This document shows, piece after piece, positions 24,286 to 36,500 of a DNA stretch of 64,000 bases. A model generated the notes under the pieces. It made no database searches. It saw only the letters and a list, made by a program, of their open reading frames with translations, and was not told the origin of the DNA. Position 1 is the stretch's first letter. Every line of letters starts with the position of its first letter. The translations under genes were made by a program, and so were the position numbers. Source of the DNA: Squalus acanthias (lineage: Eukaryota); contig CM059432.1 of the NCBI GenBank assembly GCA_030390025.1, positions 72,108,001 through 72,172,000 of the forward strand, written 5' to 3'.

Positions 24286-26039
24286 TTCATAAATAGAGGC
24301 ATAGAGTACAAAAGCAAGGAAGTTATAATGAACCTTTATAAAACACTGGTTTGGCCTGAACTGGAGTATTGTGTCCAATTCTGGGCACCGCACTTTAGGA
24401 AGGATGTGAAGGCCTTAGAGAGGGTGCAGAGAAGATTTACAAGAATGATTCCAGGGATGAGAGGCTTCAGTTACGTGGGTAGACTAGAGAAGCTGGGCTT
24501 GTTCTCCATAGAGCAGAGAAGGCTGAGAGGAGATTTGATCGAGGTATTCAAAATCATGAGAGGTCTAGACAGAGTAGATAGAGAGAAACTGTTCCCATTG
24601 GCGGAAGGGTCGAGAACCAGAGGACACAGATTCAAGGTGATTGGCAGAAGAACCAAAGGCGACATGAGGAAAAACTTTTTTACGCAGTGATCTGGAATGC
24701 ACTGCCTGAAAGGGTGGTGGAGGCAAACTCAATCACGGATTTCAAAAGGGAATTGGATAAGTACCTGAGGGGAAAAAATGTGCAGGGCTATAGGGAAAGG
24801 GCGGGGGGAGTGGGACTAGCTAAAGTGCTCTTGCAGAGAGCTGGCACGAACTTGATGGGCTGAATGGCCTCCTTCTGCGCTGTAACCATTCTATGATTCT
24901 ATGATTCCCTTTAAGAGGTGCTGACAGCACCTCTGTCATTCTGTTTGTATGCTGGGTTACCCTGGCGTGGTTATGACCCAGCACTGAACTCAGTGCTAGG
25001 GTCGAAGTTGGCCATGGTGATGTTAAGTCGGCGTGACGTCACCACTCCGGCATTTTTCTGTTGCAGGGCACTACTACTTATCGGCAGCACTACAGGGTCA
25101 TCGTGAGACCTGCCACCAGCTGGCGAAAGAGTGGCATCAGCTGCTCTTTCGCCATTGTTTGCCTGTAACGGGTGGCATTAAGCCCCCGAATTTTTAGCCC
25201 CATGTCCCCTTGTTTTTCAATCCACCACCAGAGGAAATAGTTTTTCCTTATCTACTCTATCAAATTCTTTAAACATTTTAAGCAGCTAAATCACATCAGC
25301 CCTCAATCTCTTATATTCAATTCACTTACAAGGACACTTTCAAACTTCTCACTGCCAACCTTTGACCTTCCATTTGCCACGATACTTCTGCAGTTGTCAA
25401 TCGCTCAACCAATGCGTTGATGCCTTGTCTCTAGTAAAATCTTACTCTCTTCCACCCTGGTTATTTTCCCTGGTACCGCCCAAATCCTCAACCCCCGAAA
25501 TCCAAGGGACACAGACTTAAGCATTGCTGATGCACAACTGGTTTAGCCATTCATCATGAGATCTGGCTGGACCACATCAAGCACGATTGGGTCCTGCTCT
25601 CCTCTGCCAAAATGCTCATCCTGGAATGCAAAATTAGTTCCCGGTGTTTCTTCTCCACTACCAACTATCTTCTTAAACCCCTGCCCCCTGCCCCCTCCAC
25701 CCTCTCCACCAACAAGGGCGAGAAGCTCATGGACTTCTTCATCTTTAAGAATGAGACCATCTGTTCAGCTGCCTCTGCCATTGATTTTAAATAAGTTTAA
25801 AAATGAGTTTAAAGCTTAATTTTAAGAGCCTCCTCGAAGGCTCGCAAATGGGCGCAGTTAGCGGAAACTCGCCGTGGTGATTAATTCGATCTGGGTTACT
25901 TTACTTTACAAATTGCAGAAACCCACTTTGTGCTGAACGTAATTTGCGCTTGAAATTTCTCAATCTTTTGCACTAGTTTAACCGATTTGGGGCGAATTGC
26001 GCTGAAAAAAACCAGCACAACCTAACGGAAACTCCAAGC

Positions 26040-26970
26040 AGGGAGTACAATGTCGAAGTTTGCGGATACAAAACTTGGCAAAGCAGTAAATTGTGAGCAG
26101 GATAGTGGCAGACATCGGGAGGACCTAGACAGATTGGTGAAATGGACAGACGTATGGCAGATGCAATTTAATGTGGATAAGTGTAAAGTGATGCACTTTG
26201 GGAGAAACAACATGGAGAGGCAGTATAATCTAAATGGTGCTATTTTGAGTGAGAGTGCAAGAGCAGCGGGACCTGGGGGTGCATATTCACAAAACTTTGA
26301 AGGTGTCAGGACAAGTTGATAAGGCAGTTAAGAAAGCGTATGGGATACTTGGATTTGTAAATGGGGGCATTGAATACAAAAACAAGGAAGTCATGCTCAA
26401 CCTTTACCAATCACTGGTTAGGCCTCAGCTGGAGTATTGTATCCAATTCTGGGCACCACACTTTCAGAAGGATGTCAAGGCCTTGGAGAGGGTACAGAGG
26501 AGGTTTACCAGGATGATACCAGGGATGAGTGACTTCAGTTATGTGGAGAGGCTGGAGAACGCGGGATTGTTCTCCTTAGAGCAGAGAAGGTTAAGGTGAC
26601 ACCTAATAGAGGTATTCAAAATTTGAGGGGTTTTGATGGAGCAAGTAGGAAGAAATTGTTTCCTCTGGCAAGTGGGTCGGTAACCAGAGGTCATAGATTT
26701 AAAATAATTGGCAAAAGAACTAGAGAGCAAATTAAGAGACATTTTTTCACACAGAAGGTTGATATGATTTGGAACGCACTACCTGAAAGGGCAGTGGAAT
26801 TAGATTCTATAGGAGCTTTCAAAAGGCAATTGGACATGTATTTGAAAAGAACTAATTTGCAGGGTTATGGGGAAAAAGCTGGAGTTTGGGACTAAATTGG
26901 GCAGGTCCTTCAAAGAGCCGGCACAGGCACGATGGGCAGAATGGCCCCCTTCTGTGCTGTAAGATTCTAT
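26040..26970 (+). mobile_element. 5'-truncated CR1 LINE
   Basis: SKFADTKLG, WQMQFNVDKCKVMHFG, RPQLEYCIQFWAP and a CR1 3' UTR. Confidence 0.9.
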
Positions 26971-29223
26971 GGGCTAAAGATTCGGGGGCTTTACACCACC
27001 CGTTACCGTCAAAAAACAATGAAAAGAGGGTGGCCGCCGCTCTTTCATCAGCTGGTGGTGTGTCCCGCAGCGTCCTCCATTTTCCCAGGTCCGGCAGCGC
27101 TGCCGGTAAGATCCATCGCCCTACAAAGTAAAATGAGGGAGCGGTGACGTCAGATGTCAGAGTTCAGCACTGGGTCCTAAGCTCGCCAGGTAAACCTAGC
27201 ATGCAAGCAGACTCACAGAAGTGCCGTCAGCACCTCTTAAAGGGGCTCACACATCTTTCAGGTAAGTTTACATTTAAGCTTTTGGACTGGATTTTTTTGA
27301 TTTTACTGAAGTAGTAGCTTGCTGCAATAGATATTAAAAGTTTTTTTTAATGTGTAGGGAGTGCTGCTGGATGCTTGCAAGGCCTCGGATGGTAAAGGAA
27401 GGCCTCTGAGAAGACAGAAAAAGCTGCAAATACTCAGCAGGTCAAGCAACATCCATGGAGAGAGAAACAGAGTTCACATCTCAGGTCAAGATGCTGCTGA
27501 CCTGCTGAGTATTTCCAGCATTTTATGCTGTCATTTCAGATTCACAGCATCCGCTCACAGAGGGAAGAGGAAAACGCAGAACAGGAAGAAACAGAAGAGG
27601 AAGAAGCCGAAGAGGAGGAAACAGAAGAGGAGGAAGCAGAGCAGGAGGAAGCAGAAGGAAGGATGGAACCCAGACAGCTCCTTTCTGGCTGGGATATCCG
27701 GGATGGAATCATCTGCCTGCGGTCCCAGTGACCACAACCCCAATTACCCTTCCAGCATTAGTCCCACACCTTAACTTTCCTCTGTTACTGACCATCAAAG
27801 TGTCCTCTTGGCCACAATGCTGAAATAAAAGCCACCACAAAGCAAACTTTCCAATCCAACTTTATACATCTATCCTTCCAATATGACATCAGGAAATCAA
27901 TTCATCTCCCTTATGCATTCTCTTAGTGACTGTCTTGTGTGTGCCTTTGCCTATCCTACTGATGCCACACAGTGTTACCCCAGTGGCTGCAGCATGGCTG
28001 GTGGAAGGCTGCTGACTTTTAGTGGGGGGGCACTGCAAATGGCCTTGCTGGTTGACCTTGAGCAGCTGGTGGCTGGGAGTGTCAAATTGAGTGACGGTGT
28101 TTCTTCTTCTTCACTCTCCTCTCCCTCTTCTTGGTCAACCACTGGCTGGGCAGGTTACATTTCTTGGGTGTGTGAAATAAGGAAGGCACAAGGGTTGAGT
28201 TGTCATAAGGGGAGGGCGAGAAAGCAAGAGCTCCATGCCAGAAGGAGGATAACGTATGAGGATACCAGCATCTTGTATCCTTTCTGCCCTGCCACTGGCC
28301 AAGGGCTCAGCCATGCCCTGTCAAGAATGGCCTGCACCGTCTCCTCCAAGGGAGTGAGGTGAGGCTAGGAATGAGAGGTGTGCCTAATGATTGGTACAGA
28401 TTGTTGGTAGGTGAGTGATTGGGTGGCGGCGGGGGGGGGGGGGGGGGGGGACAGGGGAGTCATGCATTGAGCAGTGTGTGAGGCTAGTGATGCAGTTGGT
28501 AGGAGACGGCTTGTGAAGATGCGTTCACTGTCCTTGACCAGTGGTCTGAGGTCATGAAACTTCTTTGGGCACTGGAGCCAGGTGGTAGGGGTGACACTGC
28601 TGGCAGTGACAGCCTCGGTGATCTGGTCACACATCCTTCTTTCTGGAGGGCCTCCTGGCCCCTGTGGGTAGAGGACCTCTCTTGCAGTGTTGACCCCCTG
28701 CACAAAGCTGGAGTGCTGCATGCGAGACCCTGGGTGCCCTTTCTCTGGCTTGCTGAGTCATTTGTGTTAGTGCTGAAGCACTTTTCCCATTTTTTGAGGT
28801 TTGGAAGGGAATTCAGCTTTAAGTGCCGCAGACTCCCATTTGGGATTTCTTTTTAATGTTAATTTTTAACGGGAGTATGGGCTGAAAACTGCATTTTTTC
28901 ACTTTATTTTAATTTTTATTAGTTCTGAACACATTGCCCTTTTAATTCATTGCCCTTTTAATTACCCACAATTCCTTGCGAACTACATAACCTCGCTTCC
29001 AGAGCCTGTTAGAAGCTGGAACGCTGCTCCTGGACGGGAACTTCCACTTCCATGCCTCCACTCACATCACCAGGAGGGCGTTACACAGTAAGTTAGCGCT
29101 GGCCTAAAAATCTTTAGCCCCCAGCGCCAATTTTTCCCTGGTAGTGCTTCGTCCATTTTCAGCGGCCTGTTAACCCAAGTTGCCGTTAACCCAACTCTCG
29201 TGGCGGCCACAAATTTTTCCCCC
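26971..29223 (-). mobile_element. 'Myb-only' Harbinger derivative, copy 3 (inverted, uninterrupted ~2.25 kb)
   Basis: Reverse-complement colinear with copies 1 and 2; ends gggctaaagatt / aaatttttccccc; TSD unclear. Confidence 0.85.
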
Positions 29224-29449
29224 AGTCTGATTCTATTATATTCTATGATTTCCCCAGCATTACTGCTAGCAACCTGGGAGAAAAGTAAAGTTTTGCACCT
29301 GTGGTTTTCACCTGCACACTTCCTTCCCTGCTACTCTGACCCATGCTCCCAGTAATGGTTGGGGGGATGGGTGGGGGGGGTGGTGCGCGGGGGAGGCATA
29401 AACACAAACCTGGCCTGACCCTCTCCAAATTCATCAGCAAAAGATGCTG

Positions 29450-30292
29450 GGGGCGATTTTCCCAGCCCTGGGGAGGAGGGTTTGGAGGCGGGACTGCCGG
29501 GAAAATGGCAGTATCTGGGAGCAGGTACCCATCCTGCCCCCAACCCGCCTCCATGCCATCTTCCCAGGAGGCGGGTACCCGACCCGCGCCAGGTCCCGTC
29601 TCCTCGAGGCGGGAAGGGGATTAGTGCCAATTAACTGCCTGTTAACAGGTAGTTAACAGGCAGTTTTTTTGCTAATTCCTATTTTGAGCCCTAAAGTGTA
29701 GGCTTCCCGACAGCTCCGAACCTCGCCAGGGTCAGCGAGGGGAGCCGTGGGTCTGCAGGGGTCGGAGGGGCCGAAAAGTCCGGTGTGCAGGTGAGTGATG
29801 AATGCAAGTGTAGCGAGGTAAGTGTGTGAGGTGAGTCTAAAGTGTTTAATAAGATTACTTACCTTTGCTTCTTCCTCCAGGCTTCATCCCTTTAGGCTGC
29901 GGAGGCTCCTCATCTCCACGGCAGAGATGACAGAATGGCTGCTGCATTCTCTGCTGCAACAGCCATCTGATTTCTGCTCAGGAAAGCTTTCTAAGTGAGT
30001 CTTGAGTACAAGGACTCACCAAACAACAGAGAATGTCACTGTTTGACAGCTTCACAGAGCTGTCAAACGATGACAATTCATCTGTCAAAATTTTTTGACA
30101 GATGAAACGTCATATGCTGACATTCTCTGTCACCGGCTTTCCCTTAATTGGCCGGCTAAGCCCGCTGGGCAGGCTTAACAAGGCCAATCAAGGGAAAATA
30201 GCGTGGGTTGGCCGGACGTCGATGGAGTCAGTGCTAAAACCTGACGAGCAGCTTTCCTGCCTCCATCACATCCCCATTCATAAAATCACCCC
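29450..30292. mobile_element. Harbinger-type MITE (family shared with 38293-39118, inverted)
   Basis: Ends ggggcgatttt / aaaatcacccc; internal segments are reverse-complement homologous to 38293-39118. Confidence 0.8.
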
Positions 30293-31869
30293 TGCTATGT
30301 CACCTAGCCATGACTTAGCCAAAGTGGTGGGTCACTACCTCCACTTCCCTTCAGGGGATTGCAAATCCCCATTGTATGGGGACAGAGAGAGGTCACTGGC
30401 ACTCCACTACCTGATGGATCTTGGGTGCCAGTCTTAGGTGCTTGAGATGCTGATGGCTCCATGCAACTGATGCTGGCTTCTGAATGGATTCTGTTATGTA
30501 CTGCAGGTGGGAATCTCTGATCTGAGCCATAACGCTTATAATTTTACTTATTATGTACTGAAGTTTCATTGTGACATTGTTAATCTTTAAAACTTCCATA
30601 TGTATTGTTTCTATAGACTTTTTAACTTTTTGTGCTCATCAAGGTGAGGAATGTTGTGCTGAGGAATGGAGCACTTTTTATTTAATAGTGTCAGCATCAA
30701 GTACTCTCAGATCAGGTGTCGCATGGTTAAATAAAAAGTAAAGCTCTCTACTCTACTACAGATCAAACCTCAGAAGAGCACATCCAACTGCACCAGTGTA
30801 GATTGTTCTATTTCCCACTCCAACCATCTTGTAGCCTCTCTGAGTGAAGTTGGTGAACTACCACTGAATTAGGATCATCTTCATTCTGCAGGAACTTTCA
30901 TCCCATCAGTTTGGGATACCGTTGAACCCAGAATCTAAAAATGTAAGACTCAGTGCATTATCAGATTCCTAATAGGTTTCTTCTGTATAACACATTCTCG
31001 ATTTTACAGGGCTTTCCCCAAGCGATTAAGTAGATGAGGTAAAATCAATGATAGGGTTGATTACATTTTGTAGCAGGACTTTACTTGGTGGGCCAAATGT
31101 CCTTTCATTCCATGCTCTCTTATCTTTTTTCTATATTTTGGCTGTACAAGGGAGTGAGGAAGTGAGCCTTTGCCTTAGTGGTAGCATTCCTGCCTTTGAG
31201 TCAGAAGGTAAAGGGTATAGTAGCTGTTCCGCAGTGGCACTTCACACAGTTGGTCAGAGAATATCACTGTTTTATAATCACAGGATGCAATTCACAGCGT
31301 ATCGTATTTATTTCATTTAGTTGATCTGCTGTGGTGCTCATGGACAAAAAAAAACTTGTGTTTCTCTTCCATAATCTAGGCCGACACACCAGTGTAGTAC
31401 TTCGGAGAAGACAATAAAGCAAAGTTCTGTCTGCTTCTCCTGGTGGCTCAGACAGACACTAAAGGTTCCTGACACTGTTTGAAGAAGAGCAGAGGGTTCT
31501 CCTAGTCCTGGCCAATATTCTTTCCTCAACCAGAACCACCAAAACAGATGAACTCCTCCTTTGTTGGACATTTCTGGTGTACAATGGCTGCTGTGTTTGC
31601 CTGCATGTCAACAATTGTTGGACTTCAAAGAAAATCATTGTATGTGAAGTTATTTGAGGCATTGTGATGTAGTAGAGCACTGTGGGACCAATGATACATT
31701 CTTCAGTGACCATACTGTTGTTGCACTTCAGGTACCGGTGCCCTGTATTATCGGGCAGTACATAGGCCTAAAGCTTATGGTGTACCCAGTACTCAGTGCA
31801 AATGAAAATGTGACCCAAAAGCACTTTAATGCTTAGAGCCTGTGCACCTGTTGTGCACAAGGCTCATTA

Positions 31870-32637
31870 GATTTTCAAAACTAATTTGCTGTAGCAGGGC
31901 ATCTGAGGGCATCTGCCATTAGTTGACTTACCCTTGCACATTTAGGTTTTTAAATTTTTTGCTGGCAAGTTGTTGAAAGTGTCACAGTGAGGGAAACCGG
32001 GCATCGGGGACCTGAGTGAACAGAGCAACCAACTGTGTATCTCCTTAACCAATCAGATTGAAGGATTGTGAAATTAACAGCGCAAGGACTGAGAAGGAAG
32101 CGTAAATTAGAGTGGGTGAATTCAATGTCAAATCGGGTACAGAAAAAGGAAAAAAAGGGTTGGAAAGAAAGACTGGATTAAGAGAGAGAGAGAAAAAAGA
32201 AACAGAAAGGAATTTTTTTTTTTTAATTAGTTCAAAATTTTACATTTTTTAAATCTTCAGCATCAATTAAAACCTCAAGGAACAAGATTCCACACCTGTA
32301 ATAGTTAATTTTCAGTGCCAGAGAGGTTGACTGACAGTAATTAACACTTATCATGTTGTTAAAAGGGTACTTAGACTGAAATGGACAAGACTTAAATTTC
32401 TGTGGCGAGTTCAGTTTATATACAGCAACTTCACGCCATTCAATGCATTTCAATGGTGAAGCAGACAGCAAGATGCCATTTTCATGAATCTAACGGCAGA
32501 ACAACACAACTTGGACAGCAACATTTGGATATTTGAGTTTAACCGCGTATCTGCCCCTTGTCTTAAGTTGCTGTAGCAGTTGCACATAAATAACGGTGAG
32601 TGCCATTAGCCTCACTTTTAGACAGCAAATTATGACC
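31870..32637. mobile_element. Old non-autonomous element fragment (family shared with ~37490-38105)
   Basis: Shared blocks gggcatc(g/t)gggacct, ccttaaccaat.agatt.aaggatt, GA-rich tract and terminal cagcaaa(t/a)t. The left boundary is uncertain. Confidence 0.6.
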
Positions 32638-32641
32638 TAAT

Positions 32642-33385
32642 GGCCCAGAAATTGATCTCGCTCTGTTCCCGCGGGGGTAAGCCTTTCCCGCGATGTCTCA
32701 CCTCGCTTATGCTTTTTCTGATCCAGCTCGCACGAAATTGATGTTCTGGACAGCTGCTGTGCTGGGCTTGCGTATCCCAGCGGCGTAGTTAATTCGTGCG
32801 AGCTGTGGGATCACGTGACTCAGTTAGAGCCAATGGCAGCACACCATCTTCCATTCATAAGTCTCACAGCATGGCTGAGAGACTTATGAATCTTACACCC
32901 CCCCAAAATAACAGCTAAACCTCAATTAAATTTAAAAAAAAACCCATCACATTAATAAAATAAGTATAGTTAATTAAATTAACCATTTTAAATAAAAAAT
33001 TAAATTTTTGAAAAAATTTAAAATCTTTTAAAAAGTTATAAAAATAAACTTACCTGTCTTTAAAGTCTATAAAAAAGATATACCTGTAAAAAAAAATTCA
33101 AAAAAATACTTAATTCACTACTTACCTTCTTAAAAGCGGGTCTTACTCCTCCTTTTTACATTTCCAAAATCTTCAGTACTTACCTGCGCGTCCAAAGCAT
33201 GAAGTGCACAGCGTGCGCGCAGCCTGTAGCGCGCACGCGATGCACTCCGGCCCCGCCCCCTTTTCGGAAGAGCAATTGCCGGTTTTCAGCGCATGCGCAG
33301 GGCATGCAGAAAACCGGCAATTGGAGTGGGAATACGCGAGAGTATGCAGTGCGTACTCTCGCGTCCGGGGATCAATTTTCGGCCC
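32642..33385. mobile_element. Hairpin-rich Harbinger-type MITE, copy 1
   Basis: TIRs ggcccagaaattgatc / gatcaattttcggccc; perfect AAT TSD (32639-32641, 33386-33388). Confidence 0.88.
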
Positions 33386-34449
33386 AATGTCAATTGGGGC
33401 AGCACCCCATAATGTGCCTGAAGACCGCTCCAGTTGTTGAGCCAAGTATATCCAGTACCCTAGCCATCTGAATCATTCCCATCACTGTTCACAGAATTTC
33501 ATTAGCATCCATGAATGCAACCGCATTTCTGCACATATTCACTACTGTCCCAAATAAACTTTGCAGACACAAAAAAATCCTATTGAGACCAAATTTTGTT
33601 CATCTTACAATTTGTGGCGCAACTGTACTCCGTGTGTTTCCCCCCAGTGATCCTATTTAGTGTCAGTGCATGGTGAGCATCTTCTACTTCCTAAATGTTT
33701 ACTCCTTCTAAGTGTTTTCCCAGTGGGAGGAGAACATGAGGTAGATGGCTGTTGAATGTGTTTGCTTCTAGGAATGGAAGTGCCCTTGGTGCTGGATCAG
33801 AAGATTAGCCCTACAAATGACACAGTTATTGTTGAGAGGTTTTTCTATGTTAAAGATGCAGGTTGTTGCTGTTGTTGCTGCTGCTGCCTGTATCAGTCTG
33901 CCGCCTAACACATCTGTAGTCATTTGAGCAGGGCGGTTGGGTGTTATGGGTGTGGGATCACCCTGAGAGACATCTCCACCAGCAGTGCCAGCTCCTGTCA
34001 TTTCCCCGCTGCTGGGCATTTCAAATGACGACATGAATTGTTGAAAGTTCCACATGAAAGACTATTAATTAAACTCAAAGTCGTGGAGATTCAAGGTAAA
34101 ACCTGGGAATGGATAAGAAACTGATTGAAAGGTAGAAAACAATGAGTACTTGTTAGAGGAGTGGGGGTGGGGGATACACTGAGTGTGGTGCCTCAGGGCT
34201 TGGTATTGGAACCACATAAATGGCTTCATTTCAGAAACTCAATACAAAGTGATCCAACTTGCAGAAATTACCAAATTAGGAATCAGAGGAGGCAGCTCAG
34301 AAATTACAGTTGAGTTGGATAAGCTTTGTAAGCGAGCAGAACAATGACAGATGAAATTTAATGCAGACAAGTGTGAAGTATTACACATAGGAAGGAAAAA
34401 TAGATGGCATACACACTACATGACTGGTGATGAAGCTGAAAGAGACATG

Positions 34450-35119
34450 GGGCTGGATTTTCATTGACCCGTGGAGGCGGGTTTGGAGGTGTGTGGGGGG
34501 TTAAAATTCCGAAAAGTGGTGGGCGGGCACAAGTCCGCCTCCATCCCGCCTCCACGCAATTTTGATGAAATCGTGTCTGTTGGTCCCGCCTGTGTCCCGC
34601 CTTTAAGAGACGGGATAGGCTGTTAAGGCCCTTAACAAGCACTAAATTGGCTCTATAATGCCATTTTGAAAGGCCTTTGTGATTTTAACCCTTGTTCTAT
34701 GTGAAGCACGCCTGGTCTGAAACACGATTGTGAAACCTGGCGGGAGCACATGTGGATAGCTGAATATCAGTGGCTGCGCTGAGTATCAGTGAGTGGCTGG
34801 CTGGCATCTGGGAGTGGTGGAGCAAAAAAAAATCTCTCTCTCTCCCCCCCAGATAGAGCTGCTGCTCATTTTGCATCCAGGTCCTCTCACAGCAAAGGCC
34901 AGGCAGTCTCTGACCTTCAATGCAGCATCAATGATGACATCATCAGAGGCGACTTTCAGACTGAAACCACTAATTGGTTCATGGGTTCACACATGCTGGA
35001 ACTCAATTGCCCAATTAAGTGAAAATTGCATCAATCTCCCACATCCAATTGCAGTCGGGTGGATAACACAAAATGCGGATGACACGACCCCAACCCGCCC
35101 CAGTATCAAAATCCAGCCC
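34450..35119. mobile_element. Harbinger-type MITE inserted in an old CR1 fragment (~34050-35950)
   Basis: TIR gggctggatttt / aaaatccagccc with ATG/ATC flanks. CR1 motifs (MKFNADKCEV; SPHLESCVQFWSP) lie on either side. Confidence 0.8.
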
Positions 35120-35404
35120 ATCGAGTCTTCGTAGTCTCAACACTAAACATATCTAACAATGCAATCAACAAAGCCAACTGGGAGTTGAACACGTAGCCAA
35201 AATAGTAGAATATGTCAGAGGAGGTAATGATCAAACTTTATAGTTTATGATTAGCCCGCACCTTGAGTCCTGTGTCCAGTTCTGGTCACCAAGAAATAGG
35301 AGAGCTATTCAAACGCTGGAGACAGGGAAGATGCACGAGCTCATCCCTAGTGTCAGAGATCTGAGTTATAAGGAAGGACTGATGAAACTTGGGCATTTCA
35401 GCCT

Positions 35405-35873
35405 AAAAGAAAGACTTGCATTTATATAGCACCTTTCACGACCACCGGATGTCTCAAAAGTGCTTTACAGCCAATGAAGTACTTTTTGAAGTGTAGTCAC
35501 TGTTGTAATGTGGGAAACGCGGCAGCCAATTTGCGCACAGCAAGTTCCCACAAACAGCAATGTGATAATGACCAGATAATCTGTTTTTGTTATGTTGATT
35601 GAGGGATAAATATTGGCCAGGACACTGGGGATAACTTCCCTGCTCTTCTTCAAAATAGTGCCATGGGATTTTTTACGTCCACCTGAGAGAGCAGGCAGGG
35701 CCTTGGTTTAATGTCTCATCCGAAAGACGGCACCTCCGACTGTGCAGTGCTCCCTCAGTACTGCACTGGAGTGTCAACCTAGATTTTCGTGCTAAAGTCT
35801 CTGGAGTGAGACTTGGAACCCACAACCTTCTGACTCAGAGGTGAGGGTGATACCAACTGAGCCGCAGCTGACA
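35405..35873 (-). mobile_element. SacSINE1-like Deu SINE
   Basis: Colinear with 18266-18724. Confidence 0.88.
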
Positions 35874-36344
35874 CAGCCGAGAAAGCAGTGTTTGAAAGGT
35901 GATCTTATAGAGGTCTTCAAACTAGAAAAAGGTAATTTTAGGACGGTGAATAAGTAGAACAAGGACATATGTTGGAATCAGTAATCTTAGAGAAGATGTG
36001 CACAGCTGCCAGAAGATGTCTACAGCCCAGGTGCCCGGAGCAGCAACCCATTATGTGAATGTCAGGTATGGCATGTGGGCAGCAGGCTTACTGTTTGTTG
36101 TTTGCCACATTTAATGGGTCACTGAGAAATGCTTTGTACAACCAACAATGCTGAATACTCTGGAAAAAAGAGCATGCCAGCACATTTGGAAAGTGCATGA
36201 GCATTTGGCAGAGTGCTATGCACTGTCCTTCTATGGTGCAGCAACAAGTTTACAGTGAAGTACAATGCAAGGCTACATTTTGAAAGAAGACAAAATGGGA
36301 GGTGCGCTTACTTGGAAACTTTTCTGAGGCCAGCACATTTCTTT

Positions 36345-36500
36345 CTGACCAGGTTCTGTGGAAAGCTGACACAGCGCTGACTCTTTCAGCCACTTCTGTC
36401 CATGCAGTTCTGTCATTAGTCTTCACTGGAGGATGACCCACTGCTTCAAAAAAGACCAGCTTTCATTTTAGGAGGCCTAGTAGTAACACCTCCGAAGTAG
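36345..36500 (-). pseudogene. Old Harbinger Myb/SANT-like exon remnant
   Basis: ...NDRTAWTEVAERVSAVSAFHRTW; possible element end ccaatttcacccc near 37135. Confidence 0.55.

Larger units (their letters stand above)
23185..24907 (+). mobile_element. CR1 fragment with a large internal deletion
   Basis: The endonuclease part (ESIWLELRNN, IMGDFNYPNIDW) is fused at ~23692 to the post-RT region (EQRDLG..., ELEYCVQFWAP). Ends in (attctatg)n. Confidence 0.88.
21286..25201 (+). mobile_element. 'Myb-only' Harbinger derivative, copy 2, hosting a CR1 and a Penelope fragment
   Basis: Ends ggagaaaaattt / aatttttagcccc with a perfect ATG TSD (21283-21285, 25202-25204). Colinear with 12576-16749 and inserted into a minus-strand CR1 3' fragment. 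Confidence 0.87.
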
